This document shows, piece by piece, positions 14,836-27,900 of a stretch of DNA of 64,000 nucleotides. The DNA comes from Octopus sinensis (Eukaryota): assembly GCF_006345805.1 (NCBI RefSeq), contig NC_043004.1, positions 101,742,001-101,806,000 of the forward strand, given 5' to 3'. A model generated the notes under the pieces. The model made no database searches. It was not told the origin of the DNA and saw only the letters and a program-made list of their open reading frames with translations. Position 1 is the stretch's first letter, and each line of letters begins with the position of its first letter. The position numbers and the translations under genes are program-made.

Positions 14836-16168
14836 ATATTGTTATTATTCTTTAGTATAAGTAAAAAGTTATCATTTATCATTTACCAAAAATACAAAAC
14901 CAACTTTTCATTTTACTCTCTCTCTCTTTCTCTCTTCTCTCTCTCTTTCTTTCTCTCTCTCTCTTTCTTTCTCTCTCGCTCTCTCCCTCTCTCTCTATAT
15001 ATATATATATCAATCTTTCTCTCGCATTCTTTCTCTCTATTTATCAGTCTATTATTTGTCTTTTTATGTGTATGTCTATCTGTCTATGTGTGTGTGTTTG
15101 TCAGTCTGTCTATCTAGAATTCATGTGCAGATATACACACACATACACATCACAAAGACACATTCACACACTCGTGAATGTGTAAATTTGCTATAAAACA
15201 TCTGAAATATACAGATGACATCAAGCAGTACCTCGAAATAATGAGGACAGATCCTGTACACTATAGATCTTTATTGCAATCAGACCTGGACACAATGCAG
15301 CAATGGATCATATGCTGGCAACTCAAGCTGGCTGTGGACAAATGCACCACCATACATTTTGGGAGGAAAAATCCAGCGTCTACTTACTGCCTCCACAAAA
15401 TTAATCCCAAAAAGTCTTCTTGTGAACGTGACCTGGGCATTATTGTCGACAGCGATTTAAATTGGACAAAACATATTGCTAAAATTGCCAAGAAGGCTGG
15501 GGGTGTCTTGGCATTACTTACCAAGTCCTTTGTGAGCCACTCTCCGGCTATCTATCTGAGGCTTTATATAGCTATGTAGTTGCCTCACCTGGAATTTGCA
15601 TCACCGGTCTGGAACCCCTATCTTGCCCAGAATATTAATCATCTGGAAACCGTTCAGCGACATGCAACCAAGAGAATACCCTCCAACAGGAATTTGCCAT
15701 ATTCTGAACGCCTTACTTCCCTGGGCATAGATACATTGAAACTTCGACGTCTGGGAACTGACTTGGCAGTCACCCATAAAATTATTAACCATTGTACTAA
15801 CAATTACTCTAAGCACCTTTTCAAACTCCACCTGTCTAACACCCGTGGACATGTTTACAAAGTCAGAAAACAGCACAGCTCCCATGACTTTCGGAAACAG
15901 TTTTTTCACGTTAAGATTTGCTGAAGTATGGAACAAACTGCCGGCATCAGTTGTTAGTTGTCGGAGCACTGTATCCTTCAAAACTTTCATGCTTCCTGAG
16001 ATTCGCCAACACTTCACCTGATTTTCTCCCCTCCATACACATGCATGCATGTATCTGACTCATACACATTTCCTGACATTTGTACATTACTGTATATGCT
16101 TTACACGCACTTTTGACAGGTTGTGGTGCACCTGAGCAGTGTATACAATAATTTCATTATTATTATTA

Positions 16169-16226
<58 letters not shown>

Positions 16227-19200
16227 GAGAAATCTGCATCGAATTTATTCGCATTTTGATTGTTAGAAATATTCTCAAAGTGTCAAAAATGTTGAAGTGT
16301 AAGATGGATTTTTGGAAAGCTCATTTCAACATATAAGGACACCTTGGATCACCAGAATGAATGTAAATTTGTCTATTTTCCAAAGAAGCTTAAAACCTCA
16401 AGTAAGTGGTCCCTGTATCATTACAAATGCTCCAGCGGTGCATATGTACCTACCTTGGATCAAACATCTCCAAAATGCCTTAGCCAGATAAAAGTCGTTC
16501 TTACAAACTAAACGTATTACACTGCACTTGTGTAACGTATCACTTCAATGTTGTCGGGCAATATCAACAATATAGAAAAGTCACCATTAAAGTTACCCGA
16601 GTAACAACAAGGGATATTAACCTATTTAAAGAACTCACAAATTCAAGAAAATATATCTAGTAGTCGTCTTGTGAAACCAGTGGTGTTTTATGGGGACAGG
16701 CGTCAGTTTGGATACAGGCAGTTCTGTTAAGACTGCTGTTAGTGTTAGAATATAATTGTAGGTATATCAACGGAGAAAATGTCTGCCTTAAACTTTAATT
16801 TTTTTTCCTTACATCTCACTAACATATACCCCTTTATTTTTTTATAGTATCTTCGCCTTAATCATTACACAATTGAACTTAAGACAGCCAGTATTTTATC
16901 AAGTCGCATTCTATTTAACTGATTATCAAAGATTTATAGATATCGGACTTCATTTAAAAGAAGACTATCCGACTCCTCGACAAATATTCACTCACCATCC
17001 TGTTACAGTCACTGACCTGCAAATGCACTCTTTGCTGTGTATTTTATCAAGGTTACCACAGCATACTTTCGTCTAACTGCATACATTTTCTACTCCACAA
17101 CCACTCGGATATTTCAACTTTGATCGAAGAAATTGGAACAGTACCAAAAGGATTTTTACAAATATTATGTTGTAATGTAACTTACCTCGCCTCCAACTGC
17201 CCATCCGAAAACAACTTCGGTACAGTAGCGCCAGTGAATCAACATACTTCCTAAATAGCATTCTCCTTCATGTCTATTATTATTTCCTTTCTCAGTGTTT
17301 CCGTAGCAGCCATATACTATCATATGGTGAACAAAGTCTTTATGTCCTTTTTGGATGTCAGGAGAAAACTGAAAGAAATTAAAATTCTTAATCTTGAAGG
17401 AATTTTATTAATATTGATTTTTACAAATGTTTACTACCTAGTTCTCTCGCATCCGAATTTTTGGTTAAAAAATGCAAATTTTTCTAAGATAAGGGCAACT
17501 CTATTTTGTTGAAATAATATTTTTCTGTTTGTATTTGAAAGAGTTTCAATGGATTAAACTGATATTCTTTAAGGTCGAAACTTGTCCGTTGATTTCACCA
17601 TTTTATGTTGATGACCAGATGCAGATGCACATCCTCTAAATTTTCTATTTTGTCCAGAATTTTCGTCCAGCGGATCTTCTTGGAGTTATACCTTTTTTAG
17701 TTGCTATTAGTTTTGAACACTCCTAGAAGGAAAACTTCTCTTTTCGTAACTTGCATTATCTAAATTAGTCATAAATTTCTACATTACACATTATAATACG
17801 AAGAGCACCCAGACATCTGCCTAAACGGTAGAAGGGAAAATTTTAATCCCTGCCCGCATGAAAGGAAAGAAAGTACATCCAATCATACCATGCGTGCCTC
17901 AGCATACTTATAATCATCAGTTCCCCAGCTTCGGCCCTCTAATCATCTATACCTGAGAATCCAGAAAAGAGTTTGATCAGAACATACTCAGGCGCACTTT
18001 TACCATCAATTTTTCACATTTTTTAATGCATTTTTGGCATATATAAGGGAAGTAACTCTCTAAAAATTTATTATTAAATCTCAGAACGTAAAAAGCTACA
18101 GTAACACCCCACCTCCTTTGTGGTTAGCCATATTGAGATGGCTATTATACTTTACATCTCTAAAAATGCTTATATAGTTATTTCCCTCATAAGCCCGAGC
18201 AACGCCGGGCGATACTGCTAGTATATATATATATATATATATATGGGTACAGGACGTCACAAAGCGTAAACAACATGAAATACGAAGACAAACTTTGGTA
18301 TGCGAACAACGAGAGAAACAAATGGAAAACAGGAGAAGTAACACAAAGAACCACCCTTCATCAGTTGTCGGCTGTTCATCTACTCCTCACTTCGAGCATT
18401 TAACGATTTTTAGTGCTCTCAAATTTAAATCTAATGAAATCTCTGTGCTGATGACGGGAATGTTAGAATAGGGACGTATTTCTAGCATCTCTATATCTGA
18501 CTAACCCAGAAATGCGTTCACGAGTAATCTAATTTCGAGTGATCTTTCGTTATTTTCCCCTCTATGCCTACATGAATTGTTTTTGAGTATACATTGTCTG
18601 GGAGACTCTTCTTATAGTAGAAGAAATAGCTAATTTTTTTGGCTGCTATTTCTAAAAGTTTGGTATGTGATAAAGCAGAACCCTAATTATATAAAGTAAT
18701 GTTTAAATTTACCGTAACTGGTCCTTTTACATATTGGACACTGCTTGGTAAAATTATTAATTACTAATTAATTAATAATTTTGCCCTTTATTATTATTAT
18801 TGACAATATAATTCTCTCCCTGATAATAAACTACAGATCCTTCTGAAGGAATTTGTTGCTCTATAACTCAGGTGGGTGGACAGGGGAGGATGCAAAGCCT
18901 CATTCGTACATTTTGAATTCGTTAGTAATGGATGTCGAAGTTGATTCGTCTGAGGTTACTCAAATCAGTTGGGTATCTCTCTTTACTCTTTTACGTGTTT
19001 CAGTCGTTTGACTGCGGCCATGCTGGAGCACCGCCTTTAGTCGAGCAATTCGACCCCGGGACTTATTCTTTGTAAGCCCAGTACTTATTCTATCGGTCTC
19101 TTTTGCCGAACCGCTAAGTGACGGAGACGTAAACACACCAGCATCGGTTGTCAAGCAATGCTAGGGGTACAAACACAGACACACAAATACATACACATGC

Positions 19201-19676
19201 ATACATATATATACATATATACGACAGGCTTCTTTCAGTTTCCGTCTACCAAATCCACTCACAAGGCATTGGTCGGCCCGGGGCTATAGCAGAAGACACT
19301 TGCCCAAGATGCCACGCAGTGGGACTGAACCCGGACCCATGTGGTTGGTTAGCAAGCCACCTACCACACAGCCACTCCTGCGCCTATGTTCGATTTGGTA
19401 TGTTCGATTTTTATTGCTCTCAAATTTAAATTTAATGAAATCTCTGTGCTGATGACGGGAATGTTAGAATAGGTATGTATTTCTAGCATCTCTATATCTG
19501 ACTAACCCAGAAACGCGTTCACGAGTAATCTAATATCGAGTGATCTTTCGTTATTTTTCCCTCTATGCCTACGTGAATTGTTTTTGAGTATACATTATCT
19601 GGGAGATTCTTCTTACAGTAGAAGAAATAGCTAATTTTTTTTTTTTGCTGAACCCTATTTATATAAAGTATATATA

Positions 19677-19738
<62 letters not shown>

Positions 19739-21693
19739 TGGTTGTCTACTCCTTATGCAGAATCTCACCAGCTCATGTACCTACCTCTTAGATCCATCAT
19801 GGCGTCTGATGTGGCTTTTTAAACCGGACAATGTGTTGAAAAGACACCCACATATATTGCATATTTGATTTGGACCAGCAAGTGCTGCAATTAAGTTCTG
19901 ATCTTTGTGGATCATAAAATGTTTTTCGAGGACTCCATTAGATTTGCAGACATTATGGCAAATATGGCATTGAAAGGTGTGCACAGACATTTAGGCAGAA
20001 TAGTTGGTGGAGGTTGGTTTCTTATAGGTCCGCAAATGAGATTTGAACCCAGCTAAAGGAAGGCATGGTCTGTCACAAACTATGCACATATAAAGGTCAT
20101 TGTGATTCACCGGTGAACTGGTGTGGTCGTCTCTGATGAGACTCGTCTTCCTGCAGCTCGTCTCATTGACATGTTGCAATATAGGATGAAGCACCGGACC
20201 TCGGCCTTCGGCATCTAGATTATTGCCAGCTGGAAACGGCCATCGACAAGAAAAGAACTCTACATTTCTATGGAGTATTAATTATATAAAGGGTTAGGTT
20301 GAAAACAAGATGATCTAATTTCGGCTGAAAAGTGTTTTATACGGGGTCTGGAGGGTCAGTGATGACCTAAGGTTAAAGAACAGCAGTGTATGAAGGAGGT
20401 GATGTTAATGAAAGTTGTCAGTCATCTTAACTATGTGATCGAGTGCTCAGCATTTATCAAATTAATGTTAGATCTTCATTAGCTGACATTTTAGAAAGGT
20501 TGTAAGAAGAGAAAGGAGGTGCAAGCAAATACATGGAACTTATAATGAAAATATCGAATAGGTAAAGAAACAAAATACATACCGCAATAGCATGTACTTG
20601 CTCGTCAAGTTGTGGTGTTTCAAACGATTTACACCAATAAGTAGTTTCTGAGTTTGGAATTCGAGTCTGAAATCAATTTTAAAAACAGTTATAATTGCAA
20701 TAAATGGTTATAATAAAATAATGATGAAAACCTCATTAAAGGGTTTTTAGTTGAAGAAACCGACCCCAGAACTTATTCTTTGTAAGCTTAGTAATTATTA
20801 TATCGTTCTCTTTTGCCGACACAGCTAGGTTACGGAGACGCAAACACACCAACATCGTCTGTCAAGCAATGGTGATGGGGCAACCACAGACACAAAGACA
20901 AACGCATAAATACAAACACACACATATATATACGAAAGGCTTCTTTCAGTATCCGTCAAATAGATCCACTCACAAAAGCTTTTGTCGACCCGAGGCTGTA
21001 GTAGAAGACACTTGTCTAATGTACCACACAGAGGGACTGAACCCGGAACCATGTGGTTGAGAAGTAAGCTTCTTACCATACAGCTTCAACTGTGCCTATA
21101 TATATATATATATATATATATATAGGCACAGTTGAAGCTGTGTGGTGAAAAACGTGCTTTCGAACCACATGGTTCCGGGTTTAGCCCCAAAGCGGGGAAA
21201 CTTGGGCAAGTGTCTTCTACTACAGCGTCGGGCTGACCAAAGCCTTGTGGGTCGATCTGAAAGAAGCTTGTCCTATATATATATATATATAGGAGTGGCT
21301 GTGTGGTAAGTAGCTTGCTAACCAACCACATGGTTCCGGGTTCAGTCCCACTGCGTGGCATCTTGGGCAAGTGTCTTCTGCTATAGCTCCGGGCCGACCA
21401 ATGCCTTGTGAGTGGATTTGGTAGACGGAAACTGAAAGAAGTCTGTCGTATATATGTATATATATAAGTGTGTGTGTATATGTTTGTGTGTCTGTGTTTG
21501 TCCCCCTAGCATTGCTTGACAACCGATGCTGGTGTGTTTACGTCCCCGTCACTTAGCGGTTCGGCAAAAGAGACCGATAGAATAAGTACTGGGCTTACAA
21601 AGAATAAGTCCCGGGGTCGATTTGTTCGACTAAAGGCGGTGCTCCAGCATGGCCGCAGTCAAATGACTGAAACAAGTAAAAGAGTAAAAGAGA

Positions 21694-21760
<67 letters not shown>

Positions 21761-21775
21761 GATAGATAGATAGAT

Positions 21776-21843
<68 letters not shown>

Positions 21844-21900
21844 TACGATAAGCTTCTTTCAGTCTCCGTCTACCAGATCGACCCACAAGGCTTTGGTCAG

Positions 21901-21961
<61 letters not shown>

Positions 21962-24900
21962 TAATAGTGTACATTTAAACACAAGAGAAAACTGCCTTCA
22001 CAGGCAGTTTTTACACGCTAGAAGAAGTAGTCAAAACGACCAAAACCACATTTAAGAGCAATCTTCAAAAGGAATGAGAAATAAAAACTTTTACCTTGTT
22101 ATTTTATTCCGGTTAGACCTAGGTTTCAAAATCATTTTGGCAAATAAAATAATTTACTAGGACAAAATTTCTCATCAGTGACCGCGCCATATCACTAACA
22201 TATAATTAAGAGACGAAGAATACGTGTTTCATCGTTATACATTATAATTTTTCAAATTCACCGCGCAAGCGCAGTTTCAATCGGCATGCTAGGCCACTGG
22301 TAGTGAAATTTAAAAACAAAACAAAAAAAAACTCACTAAAGAACATAAAGAACATTCCCCACCTTCGAAACGAGGGACAACAGATGGAAGAAATGTTCTT
22401 TATATTTCTGTTCCGTTTCTCTATTTGTTTCTTTTGTTGTTTGAAAAAAAGTTCGTTTTCTGTGTTTTTGTTTTTTATGTTCTCGTTTCTCATTTTGATG
22501 ACGTTATTTTGATGTTCTGTACCCATATATGTTTGTATATGTACATATATATGTAGGTATGTACATATATGTATGTATATATGCATATGTTATTCATATT
22601 ATTATACGATCGAATGCCACGCATCCATTTTCAAGTAAGTTTTATATATATATATATACGTATTTTCGGATCCGACAGGGAGAGACGTGTATCGTCTTTG
22701 CTCTGTTTAAAAAGCAGAAAGTGTGCATAAATCGGTGAAATAATCTACTGAAAGTCACAAATTCAACTCATAAAGCCCACTACAACACTTCGGCTACAAA
22801 TATATTAATCAAAAACGTAATATACTTTGCCTGAAGCCAAACAGTAAAAATTTTTTCTTTTGACCGAAAACGCACATGGCGAAAAAAAATCCACTGTAGA
22901 AGGAAAAAGAAACATCTCCTGGAAAATAACCACGAAAAAAACCCACGAAAAATCCAGACCACATCGTTGGATTAAGTATCCCTTTCATCTTCTATTTCAT
23001 ATTTTGTTTATTATCCTATTTTATATAATCTAAGCCCACATCTCCGTTAAAGTCTACGATCGCTTTTTTTTTGTTTGTTTACATTTCAATAACTGTCTCG
23101 AACTTGGCTTCAAAATTAAATAACCCTTTCTTCACACTTTAAAATATATATATATTTTAATATATTTTCACTCATTTTCTTTCTTTTTTTTCCACCTTCC
23201 TTCTCTCCCCGTCTGTGTATATGTGTATGTGTGTGCACGTGTATGTATGTGTGTGTGCGTGTATGTATATATGTATGCGTATATATGCATGGACGTGAAC
23301 TTTCACGAACTTTATATAGATAACTAATCTTTCCCCTCTTTCTTACCTCTTTCAGATACTCCATCTTCTAATTAGCCTTAAGATTAAATAACGTTTAATA
23401 CTGTTTATCGTTAATAATTTTTCAGATACTCTATCTTCTAATTAGCCTAAGAATAAACAACGTTTATTACCCACACTTTAACATCTAATTTTTTACCCAC
23501 ACTCTAATATCTTTCTAATTAGCCTTTTTACCCACATTTTAAATATTTGTTAATATATTTTCAGATACTCTATCCTCTAATTAGCCTTAAGATTAAATAA
23601 CGTTTCACCCACACTTTAATATATTTTTGGATGCTCTACCTTCTAATTAGCCTCAAGATTAAATAACGATTATTACCCACACTTTAATATAATTGTAATA
23701 TTGTTAACATATTTTCAGATACTCTATCCTCTAATTAGCCTTAAGATTAAATAACGTTTTACCCACACTTTAACTTTAACTTTTTCACCCACACTTTAAT
23801 ATATTTTTGGATGCTCTACCTTCTAATTAGCCTCAAGATTAAATAACGATTATTAACCACACTTTAATATAATTGTAATATTGTTAACATATTTTCAGAT
23901 ACTCTATCCTCTAATTAGCCTTAAGATTAATAACGTTTTTACCCACACTTTAACTTTTTCACCCACACTTAATATATTTTTGAATACTCTACCTCTAATT
24001 AGCCCCAAGATTAAATAACGATTATTACCCACACTTTAATATAATTGTAATATTGTTAACATATTTTCAGATACTCTATCTCCTAATTAGCCTAAGATTA
24101 AATAACGTTTTTACCCACAAACTTTAATATTGTTAATATTAATAATACTCTATCCCATAATTAGCCTTAAGATTAAATATCTTCTTGTCTTCTCTCGAAC
24201 ATAGTTAAATAGATAAACAAATAGACAGATCATCCAGCATGTCCAGAGCATGGAGACCTGACGAGCTGGATTTATTCGTACAAGCATGGGAGTGCGCCGG
24301 CGGAGATAGCCCTAGCGAGGTGATTGCGGCTGCGCTGAAGAGCAGAGGCTACAAGAGGACAGCGGCTCAGATGGAGCGAAAGAGACGGGAATTCGTGCGC
24401 TCATATGCGCTTGTATGGTCGCACATTGGCGCACTTGATGCCATCTTTGAGAACGAGCGAGGCAAAGATGACATGAATGGAGACGATGAAAGAAGTCACC
24501 CCCACCTGGTGGATGCCCGGGAGGAGGTTTTGAATGAGAAACCTGCCCGGGAAGTGAACCCAGGTGCAAGTTCTCCAACCGGCAGCAAAGGCCATGGAGA
24601 CGGAGAACCCGGTGAAGAGGTAGAGGGAGGAGGAAGAACTAAAAGAAGGGCTGGTAGAGCTAAAGGAAAAGCTCAAGCAGGACCAAAGGGTGAAAAAACT
24701 AGGAATAGAAGTGGAACCGCAAAAGATGGAAACGGACAGCGCACACAGGTGTGTAGGTTCTACCTGAGAGGTTCCTGCTGGCATGGAAAGGAAGGTGCAG
24801 GCTGCCGCTTTGCACATCGGGGACCCTGCCACAGAGACACGAGGCAGATGTACAAACCATCAACACAAGGAAAAGGGATGGACCACGCACCATTTGCCCC

Positions 24901-27900
24901 AAAGCGGAGGTACGCAGATGTTGTGCGTGCCAGAAACCACCAACATGATGTTGTCGAAAGGGCAGCTGCTGAGCAACAATCTTTTTTGTGCATGGCACAA
25001 AAGATTGTACAGCAGCTGACCTGGCTTCATCAAACCCAAGCCCGCAGGTGGGACTACCCACTATATACTAGACCACCACCACAGCAAACAGACCCAGGAT
25101 GGACACCACCGGCAACAACGTACACCTCACCTCGATGCTCCTACTGAACATCAGAGGACTGCAAACACTCAGTAACAGGACAAAAATCCCGTTCCTGAGA
25201 GATTTTGTTGCATGCAATCAAGCCTTATGCATAGCACTAACGGAAACGCACCTGAAACCGGATATAGCAGATGCGGAGTTACACATACCACAGTATGCTG
25301 TACTACGGACCGACAGGAAAGAAAGGAGTCATGGAGGTGTTGCTATGTACATCCGTGAGGACCTCACACCCCAGGTCCTCTTATCATACTCAAACTCGGT
25401 GTGTGACACACTAATTGTACATATTAGGCAACTTGATGTAGTTGTGTGTGCTACATACCGCCCTCCAGATGCCCCAAGCCATGTGGGCAAGTTTGAAGAC
25501 TGCCTTATAAAAATAGAGAAGTTCTAACCACATTAGAACAACACATAAGTGTACTTCTTATGGGAGACTTCAATCTGCCAAATGTCAGATGGCCCGAGGG
25601 CCTTTCTCTCCCAGGAATGACAAGATGTGAACGAGGACAGGCGAGGTCCCTCCTGAACCTCATCAACACCCTGTACATGGAGCAGGTAATACTCCAACCA
25701 ACCAGGGTAGGTAACACACTGGATCTCTGCTTCACAAATGACATGGATCTCATCCATAATGTGAAAGTGACACCGACACTACTCTCGGATCACAACATGA
25801 TAGAGCTGACCATGTACGGGCCAAAAGAGAGCACGGACATGCAGCCTACAAGAAACCCCCAGAATCTTTCCAGCTTGAACTACCATAAGGCAAACTGGAA
25901 ACAAATTGAGAAAGAGATCCTCAAACAAAACTGGCCTAAATGTCTCTCCTCGCCAGACATCGACGTGAAACTTCAACAATTCATGTCTGTAATGCAAGCC
26001 ATATGCTACAAATATGTCCCAGAGAGAAAGGCCACTGTACACAAGAACAAAATCCCCAGAGAGAGGAAAATTCTAATGAGGCGGCGTACAAAATTTTCAA
26101 ATCGCCTAAACAAACAGATTGAAAGCAGTGAAAAGTCCCGCCAAAAAATAAAACTGTTGGAAATCGAAAAATGTCTGAAACTCTCCCATGAAAAGGAAAG
26201 AGCAGACAAAGAAGCCTGGGCTATAGACAACATAAAATCTAACCCCAGAGCTTTCTACAGGTATGCCAAAGAAACGGCTACGGTGCACTGTAGAATAGGG
26301 CCACTCCTCGAAAAGGATGGCACACTTACAGGAAAACCAATGAGGGTAAGTGAAATACTGAATGAGCAATTCAAGAGTGTTTTCACTCCACCCCTTGGGC
26401 ATCTCCAAATCACCAATCCAACTGACTTTTTTACCACTGCAGATATAAAATCAGAGGCGGCGACGATAGATTACATCGATATAAAGGAAGACGATGTAAT
26501 CAAGGCTATAGATGAAATGAAAACAGACTCAGCTACTGGCCCCGATGGATTCCCGGCAATCCTCCTAAAAGCATGTAAGAGAGTCCTAGCAAGACCACTG
26601 CAGTTCCTCTTTCAGAGCTTCCTTGCAGCTGGCAAACTTCCAAGAAAACTGAAGGAAGGTAAAATATGCCCCATTCATAAAGGAGGTAGCAGAGCGGAAG
26701 CCAAGAACTATAGACCTATCTCTCTGACCTCACACATCAGCAAGGTCATGGAACGAATAGTCAGAAGGAAGCTGATCACCTTCCTTGAAGAAAATGACTT
26801 GCTGCCCGACACCCAACATGGTTTCCGACCAGGGAGAAGCTGTTTAACTCAGCTCCTACAACACTATGACTGGGTGCTGAAACGGCTGCTCAACCACTCA
26901 AATGTGGAAGTGATATATCTCGACTTTGCAAAGGCCTTTGATAAAGTCGATCATGGAATGATATGTCACAAACTGCGTGATCTCAACATAGTTGGAAAAC
27001 TGGGAGAATGGCTTCATGACTTTCTGAAAGATAGAAGTCAGGTGGTAGTGGCCAATGGGGCCACTTCCATTAACACGCAAATAGTGAGCGGTGTTCCGCA
27101 GGGCACTGTTCTGGGATCACTACTGTTCATAATGGCCCTCTCAGACATGCCCTCAGCCACGCAGAGAGCCACGATCACAAGTTATGCAGATGACACAAAA
27201 GTCTCACAGGCAATACAGAACCCTGAGGACACTAAACACCTGCAATGTGAGCTAGACAAAATATACAAGTGGGCCGAAAAGAAGAGCATGCAGTTCAATG
27301 CTGAAAAGTTTCAAGCTCTATACTATCAGCATGCAAAACTAAATGCAATACCCAATGAATACACTGGACCCGGAGGAATAGCAATCCCAGAGGCACAATC
27401 AGTGCGTGACCTAGGTATTTACATGAGTGATGACGCGACCTTTCGTGTACATGTTGCTAAATTGGCAATGAAATGTAGACGACTGGCCGGATGGATCCTC
27501 AGAACCTTTAGAACAAGAGAACAAGAAACCATGATGGTCCCCTAGAGGACACTTGTCCTAAGCCACGTTGACTACTGCTCTCAGTTATGGTCACCATCCA
27601 GTGTCAACTTGATCACAGAGCTCGAGGCGATCCAACGTAGCTACACGAAGAAGATAGCGTTTATGCAGAATGTAAGCTACTGGGGAAGACTCAGGAAATT
27701 AACATTATATTCCCTGGAGCGTAGGCGGGAAAGATATGCCATAATATACATCTGGAAGATCCTGGAGGGAAGTGTCCTGAACTTTGGCATCGAGTGTTAC
27801 GCAAATGCCAGAACTGGGCGCCACTGCGTGGTGCCTAGGACTCCAAACTTGCCATCAAGATGTAGGACAAGGTTCTGTGATAGCCTGGGCTTCCGAGGCC

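Noticed and set aside
23351-24178. CRISPR-like repeat-spacer appearance
   Set aside because: The spacers are themselves repeated, the context is eukaryotic and there are no cas genes
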